DNA from: a virus | Virus record (IMG/VR): IMGVR_UViG_3300035193_000067 | Span: 64,001-128,000 of that record | DNA length: 64,000 nt | Strand: one strand, 5' to 3' | Part shown: positions 19,712 to 28,006 of the stretch, one piece after another | How the letters are laid out: the number at the start of each line of letters is the position of its first letter | How positions within the stretch are numbered: the first letter of the stretch is position 1 | The notes under the pieces: model-generated | What the model saw: only the letters and a program-made list of their open reading frames with translations | Databases searched by the model: none | What the model was told of the DNA's origin: nothing | Translations under genes and position numbers: made by a program

Positions 19712-20875
19712 TTACAGTTTAAAATAGTTAGTACCAAAATAATCACCGGATAAGGAGTCTCCTGATGCTGTAGGTATAGGTACTGCATTTGTTTTGTCAG
19801 CTATATATACGTCTCCAGAAGTCTTCTTATCTATAAAGTCTTCAATGAATATAGGTACAGACCCTCGCACTGCATAAATGTGCTCATACTGCTCCCCTCC
19901 CTGTCTGGGTTTATTAATTTCACCGTTCCAGGAGAATTGATTATTTAATGATATATGATACCATTCATCCGCAACAGATCTGTCAAAATAAGATCTTCCA
20001 AAAAACTCAAAAGCATTCTTGTTTGTGTAGTATGTAAAAAAAGCGCTAACAAGGTCAGACAGCTCAGCACGAGTATTGATACTATCGCCTACTACATCTA
20101 TATTTATGACCATATCAGCAGACTGAGAATATCTGTTCAGAATAGGATTGTCTGCATCAGTATATGAAGCAGATTGACCAACACTTAAGCCTAGCAAGGA
20201 CAGCAGCTGTGAATTTCCTCCAGTAATTTCAACTGAATTACGATCTGAAGGAGATGCAGCTCCTCCGGCTTCTATCTCCAAACAACCTGAAGAAGATTCT
20301 TTGAGCGTATAATAGAGTGCCTGAGTCTTATTAACCACTCTGACAATATCTGCCACAGACACTGAAGAGAAATCTGCGAACTGAGAAGGATCCAGAGTGA
20401 TAGTGGAGTATTGAGTATATTGATCCAGAGGAGTTGTTTTAATCTGAATATTCAAAGGGGATATCAATGTATTTAAATTAAAAGGCCCTGTACCAGTACC
20501 TGAAACAAAAGGAGGGTATTGAATTTGAGAAACAAAAGTACCACCTATACCCATAACCCGCTCTCTGTAAGAAGATGACGTGATGGAGATCATGGGGAAC
20601 TTATCCAGGGTATCACCGTATGCAGTAATGATATTAACTACAGTCTCAAGCCCTGATAAACCTTCATTTCCACCAAAGGAGAATTTTTGAATATTGGGAA
20701 TCTCTTCAATCTTGGAAAGACCGTCCTGATTCGTGTAATCAAAAAAATCAGTAAGTTCTTTTATGAAGACATCCTTGGCAGTCTCCTGAAGCTGACCAAA
20801 CCTGGATCTGTCGGTAGGATCAAAAGGCTGGCTGGATCTCATTTCCAAATAAGGTCTTGTTTGAGTTGCAACCAT
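19712..20875 (-). CDS. Tail terminator/completion protein with inserted domain
   Basis: Directly upstream of the sheath; KFPMISIT and INIDVVGDS..TRAELSDLV terminator-like segments. Confidence 0.6.
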   Translation of the reverse strand: MVATQTRPYLEMRSSQPFDPTDRSRFGQLQETAKDVFIKELTDFFDYTNQDGLSKIEEIPNIQKFSFGGNEGLSGLETVVNIITAYGDTLDKFPMISITSSSYRERVMGIGGTFVSQIQYPPFVSGTGTGPFNLNTLISPLNIQIKTTPLDQYTQYSTITLDPSQFADFSSVSVADIVRVVNKTQALYYTLKESSSGCLEIEAGGAASPSDRNSVEITGGNSQLLSLLGLSVGQSASYTDADNPILNRYSQSADMVINIDVVGDSINTRAELSDLVSAFFTYYTNKNAFEFFGRSYFDRSVADEWYHISLNNQFSWNGEINKPRQGGEQYEHIYAVRGSVPIFIEDFIDKKTSGDVYIADKTNAVPIPTASGDSLSGDYFGTNYFKL

Positions 20876-20878
20876 ATA

Positions 20879-21922
20879 TCACCACACCAGAGAGAAAGGC
20901 CCTACAGAGTCTTCTGCTCGAACCTTAAACGTTTGAGTCATTACTGTAAATCCTCTGGGATCAGATCCTGACCATGCAGTCAGAATGAAGCGACTCCCTT
21001 TAAAGGTACCGTCCATAAACTCAATTACTACATTAGGACCTTCCAGTTTCTCCTGATCAGATCCCACCTCAATACGAGAATCAAAAAATGAAAGACCCAC
21101 TGTCCAGAAGGATAGACCGTTTATTTCAGGATAATCACCATACTCTGATTTTACAATTGTTTTCTCAGGAACGGTCTTAATTACCTTGATAAAAGGACCT
21201 GTCTGATACTGCCCATCTGCATCCAGGTTTCCTAAAGGAATTTCAGAATACCTTGCCCGAACTATCTCAAAGAAAGGTGAAAGCACATTAATAGTGTCTC
21301 TATGAAGAACTGCCTTAAATCTTATCAAACCCGTTGAAGGATTATCCGTTGGAAGATTTGATATAGGACTCCAGGTAGATCCTGAGTCAGTGGAATAGTA
21401 AACATCAACTGAAGAATACTGACTTATGCGCTCGTATGTAACTGCTTCATAATCCCAAACACTACCTATGGCATCTCGTGTAAAAGGTTTATCACCACTT
21501 TCAAGACTTCCTTCAGTTTCCCCTGAAACTATTTGTACCTTTGAAGATTTGAAGTCTGTAGTTATTTCAAGGTTACTAAGAATTACGTCACCATCAGTAG
21601 GAGCCATCCACAAAGTCTTGTAGCCCCACTTAAAATACCCCGGTACGTAACCATCAAAAACACCATGACAGCTTCTACATTTCCGATCAGAGCTTGCATG
21701 AGACTTTTTGTAGCAACTGCAGGTATTACCTGATGTAGCGCCTATCCAAACTTCCACACGAACACCTGCCAGAGAAACCTCTTCCCGTAGAGAGGCAAGT
21801 TCCTTACCTGTAGTATTGTCTGCGGTAATCCTACGATTAATATCCCTGCCCCAGTAACCTACAGCAGTACCTCCCAGGCCTTTACAGCCATCCTTCGTAA
21901 GCCATGGAACACATGTTGACAT
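20879..21922 (-). CDS. Neck/head-closure protein with Cys Zn motif
   Basis: CSC-x10-CRSCHG..GY motif of the kind seen in large-myovirus head closure proteins; gene position. Confidence 0.6.
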   Translation of the reverse strand: MSTCVPWLTKDGCKGLGGTAVGYWGRDINRRITADNTTGKELASLREEVSLAGVRVEVWIGATSGNTCSCYKKSHASSDRKCRSCHGVFDGYVPGYFKWGYKTLWMAPTDGDVILSNLEITTDFKSSKVQIVSGETEGSLESGDKPFTRDAIGSVWDYEAVTYERISQYSSVDVYYSTDSGSTWSPISNLPTDNPSTGLIRFKAVLHRDTINVLSPFFEIVRARYSEIPLGNLDADGQYQTGPFIKVIKTVPEKTIVKSEYGDYPEINGLSFWTVGLSFFDSRIEVGSDQEKLEGPNVVIEFMDGTFKGSRFILTAWSGSDPRGFTVMTQTFKVRAEDSVGPFSLVW

Positions 21923-21928
21923 AGGAAA

Positions 21929-22102
21929 CTACCGCCCTTCCAAAAACTCTAATACAAGCTCTTCCAGAGACCTCTTTTCATGAGGATCTTTTACTCTGGA
22001 AATCAGTACGGATATTCTCTCCGGATTGAATATGTTATTAAGTATTTCCTGACCTTCTGACTGAGGATCTGATAAATCAACCTCTATCTTTTTTTCAGTC
22101 AT
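21929..22102 (-). CDS. Small hypothetical protein (57 aa, MTEKKIEVDLSDP...)
   Basis: Below the ORF-track cutoff; TGATG coupling with the upstream gene; fills the gap. Confidence 0.6.
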   Translation of the reverse strand: MTEKKIEVDLSDPQSEGQEILNNIFNPERISVLISRVKDPHEKRSLEELVLEFLEGR

Positions 22103-23025
22103 CAGTACGTACCAGGCATGTTCGAATTATAATAATTTCTGAAATAAGCACCTGTAGGGGCTGCCAGGATTCCCTGATAAAAACCATAACCAACACGGTA
22201 CTCTGATATAGAGAACCCTGTGTTGATATAGTGCATCTTAAATTCTCTGATGTCCTTTGAAATCTCCGAAGATAGTGAATCATACATGGGTTTCAACATC
22301 TGAGCATGCGTAATGGCAAACGAATGTCCGCTGTCCGAAAACTGCGGAATATCCGTATCCACCGCAAAAAGGAACTGGCTGCGAAGCCCTTCAAGTACAG
22401 CACACCTGATAAGCAACTCAGATCCATGCCAGAACGGAAAGTTGGACATTCCAAAAGTTACATATGGTTGAGCCTGATTAATTCGCTCAAGACCTGCCTG
22501 CAGATACAAAAGGAGCTGAGAATCACTATAACCCAATGTACAAAACTTTTCAGGATTGATAACCTTAATGGATTTATCCAACTGAAGACGTAACCTGGGA
22601 AGTAACGACAATACTACCGGAGTGTATACTTCCAGAAGTTGTACTCTAAAAACTTCCTCTTCCCCTGAAGCACGTCTAACTCTCCATGCGAACAAATACG
22701 CCCCTGAAGAATTTGTTTCACCTGAAGAGTCTCCCCAGGTTATGCCGTATTTTCCTGTGCCAATATGCTTTATCCGTCTGTTGTCAGGGATGGAAACAGG
22801 CCAGTATGATTCTGAATAAACTATTGTATTTGTATAGTCGTAAACATCAAGATACAAATACCCTGTAGGCTCAGTACCGCCGTTAGTCATCTGCTCTTCT
22901 ATATCTACAGGATTACCTTCATAATCCATTACTGATATATCCACCAACCTCTTGGAGTTGAGCATAGCCATCTCAACCTCATTGAGAACGGAAGGAGCGT
23001 TATGACCTGGTTGGATAATGAGCAT
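22102..23025 (-). CDS. Head-tail adaptor/neck protein with N-terminal Ig-like domain
   Basis: C-terminal LRLQLD...YSDSQLLLYL..GLERIN...FSDSGHSF adaptor-like helical domain; gene position. Confidence 0.6.
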   Translation of the reverse strand: MLIIQPGHNAPSVLNEVEMAMLNSKRLVDISVMDYEGNPVDIEEQMTNGGTEPTGYLYLDVYDYTNTIVYSESYWPVSIPDNRRIKHIGTGKYGITWGDSSGETNSSGAYLFAWRVRRASGEEEVFRVQLLEVYTPVVLSLLPRLRLQLDKSIKVINPEKFCTLGYSDSQLLLYLQAGLERINQAQPYVTFGMSNFPFWHGSELLIRCAVLEGLRSQFLFAVDTDIPQFSDSGHSFAITHAQMLKPMYDSLSSEISKDIREFKMHYINTGFSISEYRVGYGFYQGILAAPTGAYFRNYYNSNMPGTY

Positions 23026-23405
23026 TAATCACCCAGTACAATGAAAGTTACTACCGCCTGTGAGGAAGTTGCCTGCACTGTGGCTTCCGTAATGTTGCAT
23101 TTAGCAAGAAGAATGAAACCGCCAGCACCTATAGAGATCGTCTCAGCACCACCGTTTAAAATAACATCAACCGGAGCACTGGCACCGACATAGAATACTG
23201 ATCCTGAAGAGACTGTGCTCATGGGAAGAGATGTGGGAGAAGCTGTAGGGACACTAAGTGTCTGAGCACCTCCCTCAGCATACGTAATTGTAAGACCTGT
23301 TGTAGAGGAAGATCCTACGGCAGGAGATCCCAACAGAACACTTGAAGATGCACCGTCCTGCACGATTGGATAAGTAATACTACCTGTTATAGTTGATGTT
23401 GACAT
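23025..23405 (-). CDS. Small beta-rich probable virion protein
   Basis: 126 aa, Ser/Thr/Gly-rich, translationally coupled within the structural operon. Confidence 0.5.
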   Translation of the reverse strand: MSTSTITGSITYPIVQDGASSSVLLGSPAVGSSSTTGLTITYAEGGAQTLSVPTASPTSLPMSTVSSGSVFYVGASAPVDVILNGGAETISIGAGGFILLAKCNITEATVQATSSQAVVTFIVLGD

Positions 23406-23860
23406 TAATCAGCTCCTTGCAGCCCATATGAGAGACCTATTGCCAAGAGTCCCCCTGATATTATACCTACTATAAATAAAAATGATGGTGATTTATACCA
23501 TCTACTGTTTTCATTTAAAGATTGCCTGTACCGCTCTTCCAGTGCATCATAGTTCTTTTCGGACTTTCCCAAAGCGTCTTCATACTTATCGGAGATCTTT
23601 TCTGAGACTGCCAATTGGACCTTGTACTTGGAAATAAGTATTTCCTGCAATCGTATTTTTGTATCCAACTCAGGGATCTTTTTCTCTCGGATTAATGAAA
23701 GCTCTGAAAGATCTTTCAGCATTAAATCAGTAGTAGGCTCATCAAACCAGTATCCAGGAACATCGTTATATACCAAATACGCTTTATTGGAGTAACCCAG
23801 AGAATTCACAGAGAACAATGAAAACAACAACAGTAATACAACTGATACTACTTTCTTCAA
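23405..23860 (-). CDS. Spanin-like protein (signal peptide, coiled coil, C-terminal hydrophobic helix)
   Basis: MKKVVSVVLLLLFSLF signal, heptad region, terminal FLFIVGIISGGLLAIGL; no lipobox Cys. Confidence 0.45.
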   Translation of the reverse strand: MKKVVSVVLLLLFSLFSVNSLGYSNKAYLVYNDVPGYWFDEPTTDLMLKDLSELSLIREKKIPELDTKIRLQEILISKYKVQLAVSEKISDKYEDALGKSEKNYDALEERYRQSLNENSRWYKSPSFLFIVGIISGGLLAIGLSYGLQGAD

Positions 23861-24210
23861 TACCCCAGCTCCTCAAATTTATCCAGTTTTTGATCAAAGT
23901 CCATGGACTCAATCTCTTTATTGGTTTTAACGATCTCCTGATCTACTTCTGAAATGTTGGCATCGGTTTCCTTTAAAGAACCCTCAACCTCAATTATCTG
24001 CTCCTGTAGCGCTTCCTTATAACCTTTAAGATGCTCAGCCTCCTGAAGGTCCTCAGATATACCATTAGGCTTCTCAAAATCTACTGGAGGTAATATATCT
24101 TTTCTCTTAAATAAAGCAAACAAAACAACTGCCGCAACGCTGATAGCAGATAAAACAACTACAACATGATCAGACAACCATTCATATACTCTTTTTAAGA
24201 CAGTCTTCAT
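23857..24210 (-). CDS. i-spanin (Rz)-like protein
   Basis: Single N-terminal TM followed by a coiled coil; next to the holin-like gene. Confidence 0.5.
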   Translation of the reverse strand: MKTVLKRVYEWLSDHVVVVLSAISVAAVVLFALFKRKDILPPVDFEKPNGISEDLQEAEHLKGYKEALQEQIIEVEGSLKETDANISEVDQEIVKTNKEIESMDFDQKLDKFEELGY

Positions 24211-24518
24211 TTTTTAGACTCGATCTTTTTCTCTATTGAAGCTTTTTTTGCAATGGTAACGGTAACAGTTTTATAAATCAGAAGATTCAAGCAACCCAAG
24301 CCACCACCTACCAAAAGCTTATCACCTAAAGAGTCCTCCGGAAGAAGAAGTCCACCAGCAGCTCCAAGTATTACAGGAAGGAAGTGGATAACCCGAAGAC
24401 CATTAACGGTATGAAAAAAATCAAACCTTGACTTTAAACCGTTGACAATAAAATGAACAATAACAGGGAGAAATATATAAGGACCAAAATCCTTAAAAAT
24501 GCTTACCAGTTCACTCAT
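24207..24518 (-). CDS. Holin-like membrane protein
   Basis: 103 aa, three hydrophobic segments, basic C-tail KKASIEKKIESKK. Confidence 0.6.
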   Translation of the reverse strand: MSELVSIFKDFGPYIFLPVIVHFIVNGLKSRFDFFHTVNGLRVIHFLPVILGAAGGLLLPEDSLGDKLLVGGGLGCLNLLIYKTVTVTIAKKASIEKKIESKK

Positions 24519-24529
24519 AACACACTCCT

Positions 24530-24976
24530 TTAAACGTTTGAACTTAAAACTTCAGTGATAAAAATCACCTCAACAGGCATATCCACCGTATCTGTGTTTT
24601 TAAATTCTACAACAACAGGATAACCGTTGAGATCTACCGATTTACCTGGGACATTTGCAGGAAGAATACCTGTACCTGAATAGATAGTATATGCAGCCTC
24701 AGATGTGCTGGTGCCGACTGCAGCCGCAGCCGCCTGACTGATACCTCCTACATGAATAGAGTCAACAGCGTAGGCAGAAACCTTGTTACCTGACACATCC
24801 GTAAAGTAACCCCCAAAGAAAACTTCCCTGGAAAGCTTGGTTGCATCCACTCCAACGGACCTAACAAGGATGGTTAGATTCTTAACCGGAGCAGAATATG
24901 TATTATCCCAAACACGATAAGCACCACCACCTGTAGGCACGCTTACATTTTTGACAGTCTGATTAAATTGAGGCAT
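24530..24976 (-). CDS. Probable virion structural protein
   Basis: 148 aa, beta-rich; AGGAG RBS; late-type motif upstream. Confidence 0.5.
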   Translation of the reverse strand: MPQFNQTVKNVSVPTGGGAYRVWDNTYSAPVKNLTILVRSVGVDATKLSREVFFGGYFTDVSGNKVSAYAVDSIHVGGISQAAAAAVGTSTSEAAYTIYSGTGILPANVPGKSVDLNGYPVVVEFKNTDTVDMPVEVIFITEVLSSNV

Positions 24977-25007
24977 TTAGTCTCCTAAATAAAAGGTCAA
25001 CAATAAT

Positions 25008-25033
25008 AGTATAACAGCACGTATGTAGGGATA
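25008..25033 (-). promoter_or_regulatory. Putative late promoter TATCCCTACA-N10-TATACT
   Basis: Copy of the recurrent motif upstream of 24530..24976. Confidence 0.55.
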
Positions 25034-25046
25034 TTAAAGTGAGGAA

Positions 25047-25856
25047 CTATTCAGTGAGGTGCTTGAGAGCAAAGTCTTTAACTGTCGGATATCCTGCATT
25101 GCTGGCAAGGTACTCCCAGTCAAGATCCTTCAGATCAGATTCAATAGTTTCAATTTCATCGATCATGTCACGAGCTTTAATTCTATCCGCACCCTGGTCT
25201 TTTTCAGATCTCAGGCACAAACCTACTACACGAGGATCAGGCTCATTTGCATTCAGAATTTTCTCTTCCTTGGAAACTTCTTCATCTTCTTCAGGCTTAG
25301 CATCAGAAACAGATCTCCTGTTCATCAGTGCCGAAAATTTATCCTGTGCATTCATCATCTCTTCTTCGGCAGATGTACCAAACCGCTTAGCCAATTTTTC
25401 AAAATAATCATAATACTCTTCCTCAGATACGAGTCGAAGGATTGAAGGTTTGCGGTTAATCATTGCGCGTAATTCCATAGAACCTTTAATACCGTCAAAT
25501 GGTACAAACTGAGTCAGATTCATAGGATGCTTAACCCTGGGGATGTTGATAAAAATAGGCTCGCCCTCATATTTACAGGTTATTGAGATATTGGTAGTAC
25601 CCAGGTTCTGAATATAGATCTCAGATTCTTCCTCAAAGAGTTTAGTCCAGTTGGTTACAAAGCTGTTAGCGTTTTTTGTCTGTCGTTTAATCATTGTTTC
25701 ACTCTCAATTTCTCCAGCATGCTTTAGCATGAAGGGTTTTTTGCTGAAGACAGTACACTTGCCTGTTTTCAGCAGCATTCTTGCTTTGGCCGGTGATGTT
25801 TTTGAGATAAACTGATTATTTTGATCCAGAACTGGTACAGTTTTATCTGTGGACAT
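25047..25856 (-). CDS. PLMP/RRXRR-domain protein fused to an unknown non-nuclease region
   Basis: Likely start MSTDK at 25856 (track starts at 25922). VPVLDQNNQFISKTSPAKARMLLKTGKCTVFSKKPFMLK resembles the IscB/IsrB N-terminal PLMP domain; no RuvC or HNH motifs follow. Confidence 0.7.
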   Translation of the reverse strand: MSTDKTVPVLDQNNQFISKTSPAKARMLLKTGKCTVFSKKPFMLKHAGEIESETMIKRQTKNANSFVTNWTKLFEEESEIYIQNLGTTNISITCKYEGEPIFINIPRVKHPMNLTQFVPFDGIKGSMELRAMINRKPSILRLVSEEEYYDYFEKLAKRFGTSAEEEMMNAQDKFSALMNRRSVSDAKPEEDEEVSKEEKILNANEPDPRVVGLCLRSEKDQGADRIKARDMIDEIETIESDLKDLDWEYLASNAGYPTVKDFALKHLTE

Positions 25857-25951
25857 TTTCCAGCCTTCGCTGATCTCTCCAAAAAAGGAGGTTAAATAGA
25901 GACCTCCCGGTTTGAGGTGCATTATTGCATAGCCTTGGGAGGTTCTGTTTT

Positions 25952-25999
25952 AAAAAAGAGGGGAGGGTCACAAAAGGAGGCGAAAAGCAACCCTCCCCC
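25952..25999 (-). terminator. Rho-independent terminator after the major capsid gene
   Basis: GGGGGAGGGTTGC / GTGACCCTCCCCT stem followed by C and TTTTTT. Confidence 0.75.
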
Positions 26000-26012
26000 A
26001 AAAAGCTAATGA

Positions 26013-27179
26013 TTATTTGGAACCTTTAGCAACACGGCGACCATCAGGAAGACCGAAGCCTACCATCTCAGTAAACATCCAACCCTTAACGGTTTCACCC
26101 AGAGCATACTTATTGTACGGCTCGCTGAAAAGCTCAATACGCTCACCCATAACACCGAGGTACTCAGGAGAAGTACAAGCATAGAAAGTACCGCTGGGGA
26201 TAACTTCCTGTACGCCAGTACCGGCAGCAGTCAGAATTTGAGCATTCATGATGTTACCAATGTAACCAGACAGCAACAGTTCACGCTCAGTAACCGGATC
26301 AACAGCAGAAGACATGGTTTTAACGATGTCAGAAAGCTCAGAACGGTTAATCAGGAACTGCTCCACCATCAAGCGGTGACGCTCTACCTGGTAACGTACA
26401 TCTTCAAAAGCACCAATACCCAAAGTACTGAAAGTGGTTTCGGTGTTTATAGCAGTGGAAGCAGCATCAAGAGCATTGATAGCAGCTTTGTCTTCCTGCA
26501 ATTCGATTTCCTGACGAGCTGTATCCTGAGCTCTTTCCAGGATGTCAAAATTAGCCTGATAGATGTCAACGATGTCTACAGGAGCAAAAGACGTAATTTT
26601 GAATTCTTCCGGAGTAATGTAGTTGGTTTTGATCCGTGATTCAGGAGTTTGACCATCCTGACCGATGATGTAGGCAACCGCACGAACATCCTTCGGAATT
26701 CTGAACAATTCAGCCTGTCCCAGTTTACGAGGCATGAAAATTCTGCGAGCAAAACCTTCATAGTCCAGGATAGCTTTGATCGGAAGAGAAAGCTCTTGAC
26801 CAATGCGATGGAAGCCACGACCACTCGGATCCTGAATAGCAGCTGTCAGTGCACGTCGTTGCTGCTCAAAAGAGGCTTCAACTTTGGAGGAAGTACGCAC
26901 CATTTGAAGACTGGAAGCGTTCTTTTTCGTTACATCGTTCAAGAGATGAGCAACCTGTTGCAGAACGTCTTTTTTGTCATATGCATTGACTTCACCCTTC
27001 GTATCAAACATACGATTGGCAGTTTTGGCAGCTTTATAACGAGTAGGGTTAAATTCCCCACTGGGATCATAAAGACTCTCTTCTCTTTTCGAAGAAACTT
27101 TTTTAACCGGTTTTACACGCATACGGCTAGGAGCTGTCTTCGAAGCACTCTTACGGAAAGGATTTTTCGTATTCTTCAT
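26013..27179 (-). CDS. Major capsid protein (HK97 fold, basic N-terminal extension)
   Basis: 388 aa after protease, scaffold and decoration genes; LDYEGFARRIF, EIELQEDK and KGWMFTEMVGF capsid-like segments; AGGAG RBS; followed by a terminator. Confidence 0.88.
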   Translation of the reverse strand: MKNTKNPFRKSASKTAPSRMRVKPVKKVSSKREESLYDPSGEFNPTRYKAAKTANRMFDTKGEVNAYDKKDVLQQVAHLLNDVTKKNASSLQMVRTSSKVEASFEQQRRALTAAIQDPSGRGFHRIGQELSLPIKAILDYEGFARRIFMPRKLGQAELFRIPKDVRAVAYIIGQDGQTPESRIKTNYITPEEFKITSFAPVDIVDIYQANFDILERAQDTARQEIELQEDKAAINALDAASTAINTETTFSTLGIGAFEDVRYQVERHRLMVEQFLINRSELSDIVKTMSSAVDPVTERELLLSGYIGNIMNAQILTAAGTGVQEVIPSGTFYACTSPEYLGVMGERIELFSEPYNKYALGETVKGWMFTEMVGFGLPDGRRVAKGSK

Positions 27180-27194
27180 AACATTATCTCCTTA

Positions 27195-27983
27195 TTAGCC
27201 GAAGTACTTAATGCCCAGGAAGGGGTCATCAGCAGTTGGAAGTTGGATTACCCGACCAATTACAACAGTGTTGGTAGAGTCAGTTGTACGGTCAAAAAGA
27301 CCACCACAGTAATCAGTAGTAGCATCACCAGGAGATACGCTATCATTGATAGCCCATGCACGTGCAGCATTGTACTGAGTAGTGAAAATAGTAGCTTCGC
27401 CTTCAATTACAGTAACTTTTCCGCCCTGAATAGTAACATCATCTTGGTAATTCCAGAAGTTAGCACCATTAGCCAGAAGCTCTACAGCAGAAAGAGTTCT
27501 CATGTACCAGGCATATACTGTAGTTGCTGTAGGAATGGAGCCACCACCAACATGAGTAACTACGCCAGTAGAAGATACATACGTAAAATCAGTAGTCTCT
27601 GTGTAAGTAGTACCTACACCCGCTGCATCGGAGGTGATGCGAAGACCGCCTGTATTAGCAGTCGCACCATGATCAACAAGCGTTGTGTACTTCAGAGTAG
27701 CAGTGCCACCAGAGGTAGCGAACTGAATCGGCTCAGCACTGACCATGGCTGTAAAAGAGGTCTTTTTGTTGTATTTTGTGATACCGAAAGGACGTGTATC
27801 CGTACCAGGATGTACAACAACCTGACCACTGGTGTTAAGAGAAACAGGCATACCTGCTTCAAAAGTTGTGCTGGGAGCCGCAACACGATTCCCGTAAGCC
27901 CGCAGATAATCGGTACGCTGGTGGTCCAAGCCCCGAGCGATAGTATCTACTCTGAAAGCTTCTCTTTTTGTCGATAGAGTCAT
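27195..27983 (-). CDS. Capsid decoration/cement protein
   Basis: Directly upstream of the capsid gene; FEAGMPVSL, GKVTVIEG and IGRVIQLP..LG decoration-like pattern. Confidence 0.65.
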   Translation of the reverse strand: MTLSTKREAFRVDTIARGLDHQRTDYLRAYGNRVAAPSTTFEAGMPVSLNTSGQVVVHPGTDTRPFGITKYNKKTSFTAMVSAEPIQFATSGGTATLKYTTLVDHGATANTGGLRITSDAAGVGTTYTETTDFTYVSSTGVVTHVGGGSIPTATTVYAWYMRTLSAVELLANGANFWNYQDDVTIQGGKVTVIEGEATIFTTQYNAARAWAINDSVSPGDATTDYCGGLFDRTTDSTNTVVIGRVIQLPTADDPFLGIKYFG

Positions 27984-28006
27984 ATCTCTCTCCTCATAGG
28001 CTAGTC

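Noticed and set aside
25440-25630. Homology between the PLMP protein's middle region (IYIQNLGTTNISI) and the 48784/50363 N-domain (LYIKNLTNKNISI)
   Set aside because: The match is too short to support without a profile comparison.
25047-25922. Intact IscB/IsrB nuclease or IS200/IS605 element
   Set aside because: Only the PLMP-like segment is present; no RuvC, bridge helix, HNH or tnpA.
26649-27977. 442-aa plus-strand ORF
   Set aside because: Antisense shadow of the capsid and decoration genes, with no recognisable motifs; best explained by codon bias on the coding strand.
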